Below, in pieces: positions 58,250-64,000 of a stretch of 64,000 nucleotides of DNA. The translations under genes and the position numbers were made by a program. The notes below the pieces were generated by a model. The model had not been told where the DNA came from, made no database searches, and saw nothing but the letters and a program-made list of their open reading frames with translations. How positions within the stretch are numbered: position 1 is the first letter of the stretch; each line of letters begins with the position of its first letter. The DNA is from an uncultured Gemmatimonadales bacterium (GTDB lineage: Bacteria; Gemmatimonadota; Gemmatimonadetes; Gemmatimonadales; GWC2-71-9): assembly GCA_963828735.1 (NCBI GenBank), contig CAWHFW010000002.1:192001-256000 (forward strand), read 5' to 3'.

Positions 58250-60616
58250 TTATTGCAGGGGCGGGCCAGCCGATTCCGAGGGACCTCCGGTGTCCAGGGT
58301 GACGGAGTCCACGACGGCTTGGAGCGCGGTCCGGAGGTCGCGGCTCCCGGAGAGGTTGGAGGACAGTTCGGCCGCCTCGCGTAGGCGGCTCCGGTCCCGA
58401 CGCCCGGCGTAGGCGTAGACCAGCAGCGCGGGAGGGAGGCCCAGGGTCGCCGCGACGCTGGCGCTGGTGCTTTCGAGCTCCTGGGCGCCCCGGCTCGCCA
58501 GCTTGCCATAGCGATAGGTGGAGAACACCAGCTGCTCGGTGGCCCGGACGTCCAGCGGCACGCCGGTGAGCCGATGAAGGTCGAGGTCGCCGCTGGTGGT
58601 GTCCGGGCGTTCTGGCAGGAGCTCATAGCCCAGCCCACGCTGAACGACGTAGTCGCCGAGCCCGGCAAAGCTACGCCCGGCGGTGGCCCCCCACACGATC
58701 GGTCGTCGGCCGAGGTTCTGCTGGACCAGCGCCAATGTAAGGATGTCGTTGGGGTACAGGAACGTCCCTTTGGGGAGCGTCCGCGTGAGCGGCCCGAGCT
58801 GCACGTCCTGGGGGGCGGCCACGAGATACCCGCGCATGGACGCGTCGATCATCGAGTCCGTCATAGTGTGCGCCGGCATCGTGGGGCGCGGGATGATTCG
58901 GGAACGCCACACGGGAGGCAGCGCGGCCTCGTCGAGCGGCCGTGTCGGCGCGTCGCGAAGCTGGCGCATGTACCAGTCGGTGTTGGCCAGCGCCAGGCAG
59001 ACCACGGTGACATCGCGGCGGATGCCGTCCACCTCCTGGGCCCACCACAACGGAAAGGTGTCGTTGTCGCCGTAGGTGAAGAGGATCGCGTAGGGTGGCG
59101 CGCTGTTGAGCAGGTCGTAGGCGAAGTCGGCGGCGAGGCGGGCGTCCACGCCCTGACGTCGAGAGGCCGCTCTCCAATTGAGTGTGACCGGGAGGAGTGC
59201 CACGAGCAGCACGGCCGGTGCCAGGCGGGCCCACCGCCCGCCACGAACCGCGATCGCCCGGGCGACCTCCGACAGCCCGATCCCGGCCCACAGTCCCCAG
59301 ACGATGAAGCTCACGACGAAGAAGTAGTCGCGCTCGCGCACCTCGTGATCGTTCGGTTCGCGCCAGATATCGAACCACCGCGCGTAGCCGGGCCGGAAGT
59401 TCATGTAGAGAACCAGGCCGACTCCGGTGACCAGCCAGAGCATGAAGAGGAGCCACCAACTCGCTCGATCCTGTCGCCGCTGCGCGAAGAGGCCGCGAAG
59501 CCCGAGCGATGCGAATACGAGAGTCACCAGGGTGCGCACCGGGAGCGGCCCCAGCAGGCCCCCGAGGGAGCGCGCCCACTGCCAATCGAACCAGACGAAG
59601 TAGTCACCGAACTGGACGGCGAGGAGCGAGAGCGAGCGCCCCGGGTTGTTGCTGCCCGACGCCACCGTCGGATCATCGAGTGGCGTTCGCGGTGGATACT
59701 GCGCCCGCCGGATAACGGCGAGCAGCGCGTCGAACGTCGCCGGGGCGGCCTCGTTGATGGGTGGATGCTGCGCGGCGCGGAGGTACAGGTACAGGTACGG
59801 AGTGACGCCGACGGCGGCGATGACGAGACTCGCGGCGGCGAAACGCCCTGCCCCACCGCCCGCCGCGTACCCCGCGGCCACCAGGAAGCACAGCGCGCCC
59901 AGGATGATGAGCGCGGTGCTTCCAAGTCCCGTGCCGATCAAGAGCGCCCAGACACCCGCCACCACGGCGACCTCGCCCCACTCGGCCCGCCGTGCCGCTG
60001 CATCGGGCGCGGGCTCGGCCCGGAGGGTGGCCGCGAGGAAGGCGACGATCGCGGGGCCCGCCAGCAGGGCGAGCAGGTGGTTGCCGATCGAGCTGCCCGC
60101 CAAGTAGACCACGAGCAGCAGCAGTCGCCCCGCCCGAGGTTCTCCCCGGTGCCGCCGCCACAACATCGCCGTCCACGCCATGGCCGCGATCGTGAAGGTC
60201 GCGACGGCGTAGACCTCCGTCTCGTTGGAGTTCTGCCAGTTCGTGAACGTGAAGGCGCCGATGACCGCCGAGGCGGCGGCGGTGAGCAGCCGGCCACGAG
60301 CTTCGAGCTGCCGGAGCGACTCGTGCACTACGAGGAAGAAGCCCGCCGCGCCCGCCGCGCTGAGGAGCGCGCTCAGCAGGTTCGTGCGCGCCGCGTACTC
60401 GCCCACGGGCACCAGCATGCCCCAGACGTGCGCGATCATGACGAAGAGCGGCGTCCCCGGCGGATGCGGTATGCCGAGGACGCGAGCCGACGCGATGAAC
60501 TCGCCGGCGTCCCAGAACGTCACGGTCGGCGCCAGGGTGGCCGCGTAGCCGGCGAGCACGACGAGGGCGACCACCGCGGCCGCGCGCCAGGGAATCCGCG
60601 TCGTGGATGAGGTCAT
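58250..60616 (-). CDS. DUF2723/TMEM260-like GT-C membrane protein
   Basis: APTVTFWDAGEF, LGIPHPPG, ETEVY, HEVRERDYFF, GDNDTFPLW. Confidence 0.85.
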   Translation of the reverse strand: MTSSTTRIPWRAAAVVALVVLAGYAATLAPTVTFWDAGEFIASARVLGIPHPPGTPLFVMIAHVWGMLVPVGEYAARTNLLSALLSAAGAAGFFLVVHESLRQLEARGRLLTAAASAVIGAFTFTNWQNSNETEVYAVATFTIAAMAWTAMLWRRHRGEPRAGRLLLLVVYLAGSSIGNHLLALLAGPAIVAFLAATLRAEPAPDAAARRAEWGEVAVVAGVWALLIGTGLGSTALIILGALCFLVAAGYAAGGGAGRFAAASLVIAAVGVTPYLYLYLRAAQHPPINEAAPATFDALLAVIRRAQYPPRTPLDDPTVASGSNNPGRSLSLLAVQFGDYFVWFDWQWARSLGGLLGPLPVRTLVTLVFASLGLRGLFAQRRQDRASWWLLFMLWLVTGVGLVLYMNFRPGYARWFDIWREPNDHEVRERDYFFVVSFIVWGLWAGIGLSEVARAIAVRGGRWARLAPAVLLVALLPVTLNWRAASRRQGVDARLAADFAYDLLNSAPPYAILFTYGDNDTFPLWWAQEVDGIRRDVTVVCLALANTDWYMRQLRDAPTRPLDEAALPPVWRSRIIPRPTMPAHTMTDSMIDASMRGYLVAAPQDVQLGPLTRTLPKGTFLYPNDILTLALVQQNLGRRPIVWGATAGRSFAGLGDYVVQRGLGYELLPERPDTTSGDLDLHRLTGVPLDVRATEQLVFSTYRYGKLASRGAQELESTSASVAATLGLPPALLVYAYAGRRDRSRLREAAELSSNLSGSRDLRTALQAVVDSVTLDTGGPSESAGPPLQ

Positions 60617-61392
60617 GCGCGCGGCGCGACCACGGCCGCACCGCGTCCGGCGAGGAGGGCCGACACCTGCTCCGTGGTGAGCCCGCGCTGGAGGGAGCCA
60701 CCCTGGGCGAGGGAGACGTTGGCGGTCTCCTCGGAAATGACCAGGACCAGCGCGTCGGTCTCCTCCGAGAGTCCGAGGGCGGCGCGATGTCGTGTGCCGA
60801 GGGAGCGGTCGCTGACCGGGTTCTGCGTCAAGGGCAGGATGCACGCGGCGCCGACGATCTCGTCACCCCGGACGACCACCGCGCCGTCGTGCAGCGGCGA
60901 GTAGGGGCTGAAGATGGTCGCCAGCAGGTCGGCGGACACGGAGGCGCGCATGGGCGTTCCGCTGTCGAGATATTCGTCGAGCCGCACCTCCCGCTCGACC
61001 ACGATGATGGCGCCCGTGGCGCTCCGACTCAGGCGCTCGACCGCCTGGGCGATCTCCTCGGCGGCGCCCGGCCCGGGCCCGCCGCCGAACACGCGGAAGA
61101 CGCGGCTCTGCCCGAGACGCGCCAGCGCCTGGCGCAGCTCGGGCTGGAACACCACCAGCACGGCGAACACGCCGTAGGTGAACACGACGCCGAGCAGGTA
61201 GGTGATCATGCTCAGCTTGAGCAGAAACGCCACGAAGTAGATGACGGCGAGCACCAGGAGGCCGAACACGATCTGGAGGGCGCGCGTGCCCACGAGGAAG
61301 CGGAGCAGCGCATACACGACGTAGGCGACCACGACGATCTCGAGCAGGTCGCGCCAGCCCGGGGTTGGAAACGGCAGCGCTCCGAGCGGCAC
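60613..61392 (-). CDS. cdaA: Diadenylate cyclase CdaA/DacA
   Basis: Three TM helices, FQPELR, SPLHDGA, GTRHRAALG, SEET. Confidence 0.93.
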   Translation of the reverse strand: MPLGALPFPTPGWRDLLEIVVVAYVVYALLRFLVGTRALQIVFGLLVLAVIYFVAFLLKLSMITYLLGVVFTYGVFAVLVVFQPELRQALARLGQSRVFRVFGGGPGPGAAEEIAQAVERLSRSATGAIIVVEREVRLDEYLDSGTPMRASVSADLLATIFSPYSPLHDGAVVVRGDEIVGAACILPLTQNPVSDRSLGTRHRAALGLSEETDALVLVISEETANVSLAQGGSLQRGLTTEQVSALLAGRGAAVVAPRA

Positions 61393-62557
61393 TACGGCCC
61401 GCCTAGCGCGGCAGCGAACGCGAGGGCGTCGCGTGCCGCGGCGACGTCGTGCACCCGGAAGAGACGGGCGCCTCGCTCCCATGCGAGCGTGCACGCGACG
61501 GCGGTCGCGTGGTCGCGTGCCTCCACGGGCTGGGCCGTGACGGCGCCGAGGAACCGCTTGCGGGACGGACCGACCAGCACCGGTCTGCCGAGCGCGTGGA
61601 GCGCCTCGAGCTCATCGAAGAGCACCAGGTTCTGTTCGACGGTCTTCGAGAAGCCGAAGCCGGGGTCCACGACGACGGCGTCGGCCGGGACGCCCGCATC
61701 CCCGGCCCGTCCGACGGCCGAGCGGAGCTCGGCGACAACCTCCGACACCACGTCGGCATACGTGGCGTGCGTGTACGAGGCCAGCTCCAGGATGTCGCCC
61801 CGCGAATGCATGAGTACGAGACCCGCCCCGCCGGTCGCCACGGTCGTCGCCATCGCCGGATCCAGCCGCAGTCCCGACACGTCGTTAATGGCCGCGGCGC
61901 CCGCCTCGAGCACCGCCCGCGCCACGGGTGCCTTCACGGTGTCTACCGTAATCACGAGCGACGGGTGCCGCCGGACGAGCGCTTCCACGACGGGTACCAC
62001 ACGCTCGAGCTCGAGCTCCACCGGGACCACTTCGGTGCGGCCCGGACGGGTCGATTCGCCACCCACGTCCACCACGTGGGCCCCACCCTCGAGCAGCGCG
62101 TCGGCCTGCGCGAGGGCCGAGTCCACACCCGTGAACTGCCCCCCGTCGCTGAAGCTGTCGGGGGTCACGTTGAGGATGCCCATCAACACCGGTCGCTGGA
62201 GCGGAACGTGCCCCCGCGCCGTCTCCCAGACGGCCGCGGCGTCGCCCGGCATCGCGAGGCCCACGTCGACCGCGACCTGCGAAAGCGCTGGAGGGACCAG
62301 CCACGGACGCGCGAACGCGCTCAGCCGCGATCGGCTGCCCGAGAGCAGCGCCCAATCGTCACCGGTGAGCACCTCGAGACCGAGCGCGCCCGAATGCCGG
62401 ACCAGCGCCTCGAGGGCGCCCTGGTCCAGTCCGGTCAGATGGAATGCGAGAGGATGGATGCCGCCAGCGGCAGCGGTGGCCGGGCCGTCGTCCCACCCGT
62501 GCGCGCGGAGCAGATCCCGCACCGCGCGCGCCGAGTGGAGCGCCAGCGGCGTGACGG

Positions 62558-62561
<4 letters not shown>
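61392..62561 (-). CDS. folP: Dihydropteroate synthase with N-terminal extension
   Basis: [45 protein letters not shown]. Confidence 0.95.

Positions 62562-64000
<1,439 letters not shown>

Overview
GC-rich bacterial core-genome window, almost entirely encoded on the minus strand. Gene content and order suggest Gemmatimonadota or a related diderm (inference, no search run). Read in the direction of transcription (right to left) it holds: ftsH (partial), folP, cdaA, a DUF2723-like protein, yggS, punA, ileS, dksA-like, lspA and rluA; a ~18 kb signalling cluster; tRNA-Val, an exported TPR protein and tRNA-Asp; the dcw cluster (rsmH to ftsZ); an M23 peptidase, hisA, ftsY, recG, asnS, mazG, alr, deoB, cdd; and a lipoprotein plus outer-membrane barrel pair. 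The most unusual element is the signalling cluster. It is a chemosensory operon with no receptor gene in the window (cheW-cheY-cheA-cheC ... cheR-cheD-cheB-cheW-cheW). Embedded in it are an MglA GTPase, three roadblock/MglB-type proteins, two DUF4388 proteins with MshEN-like c-di-GMP motifs, TPR scaffolds, and a protein made of two tandem DnaA-type AAA+ domains with no DNA-binding domain. IleRS carries the swapped GIHH signature. ftsA, ftsQ, murC, murG and murE are frameshifted as sequenced, most likely through sequencing or assembly error. No CRISPR array, IS element or prophage was seen. Start codons were adjusted by hand and are approximate.
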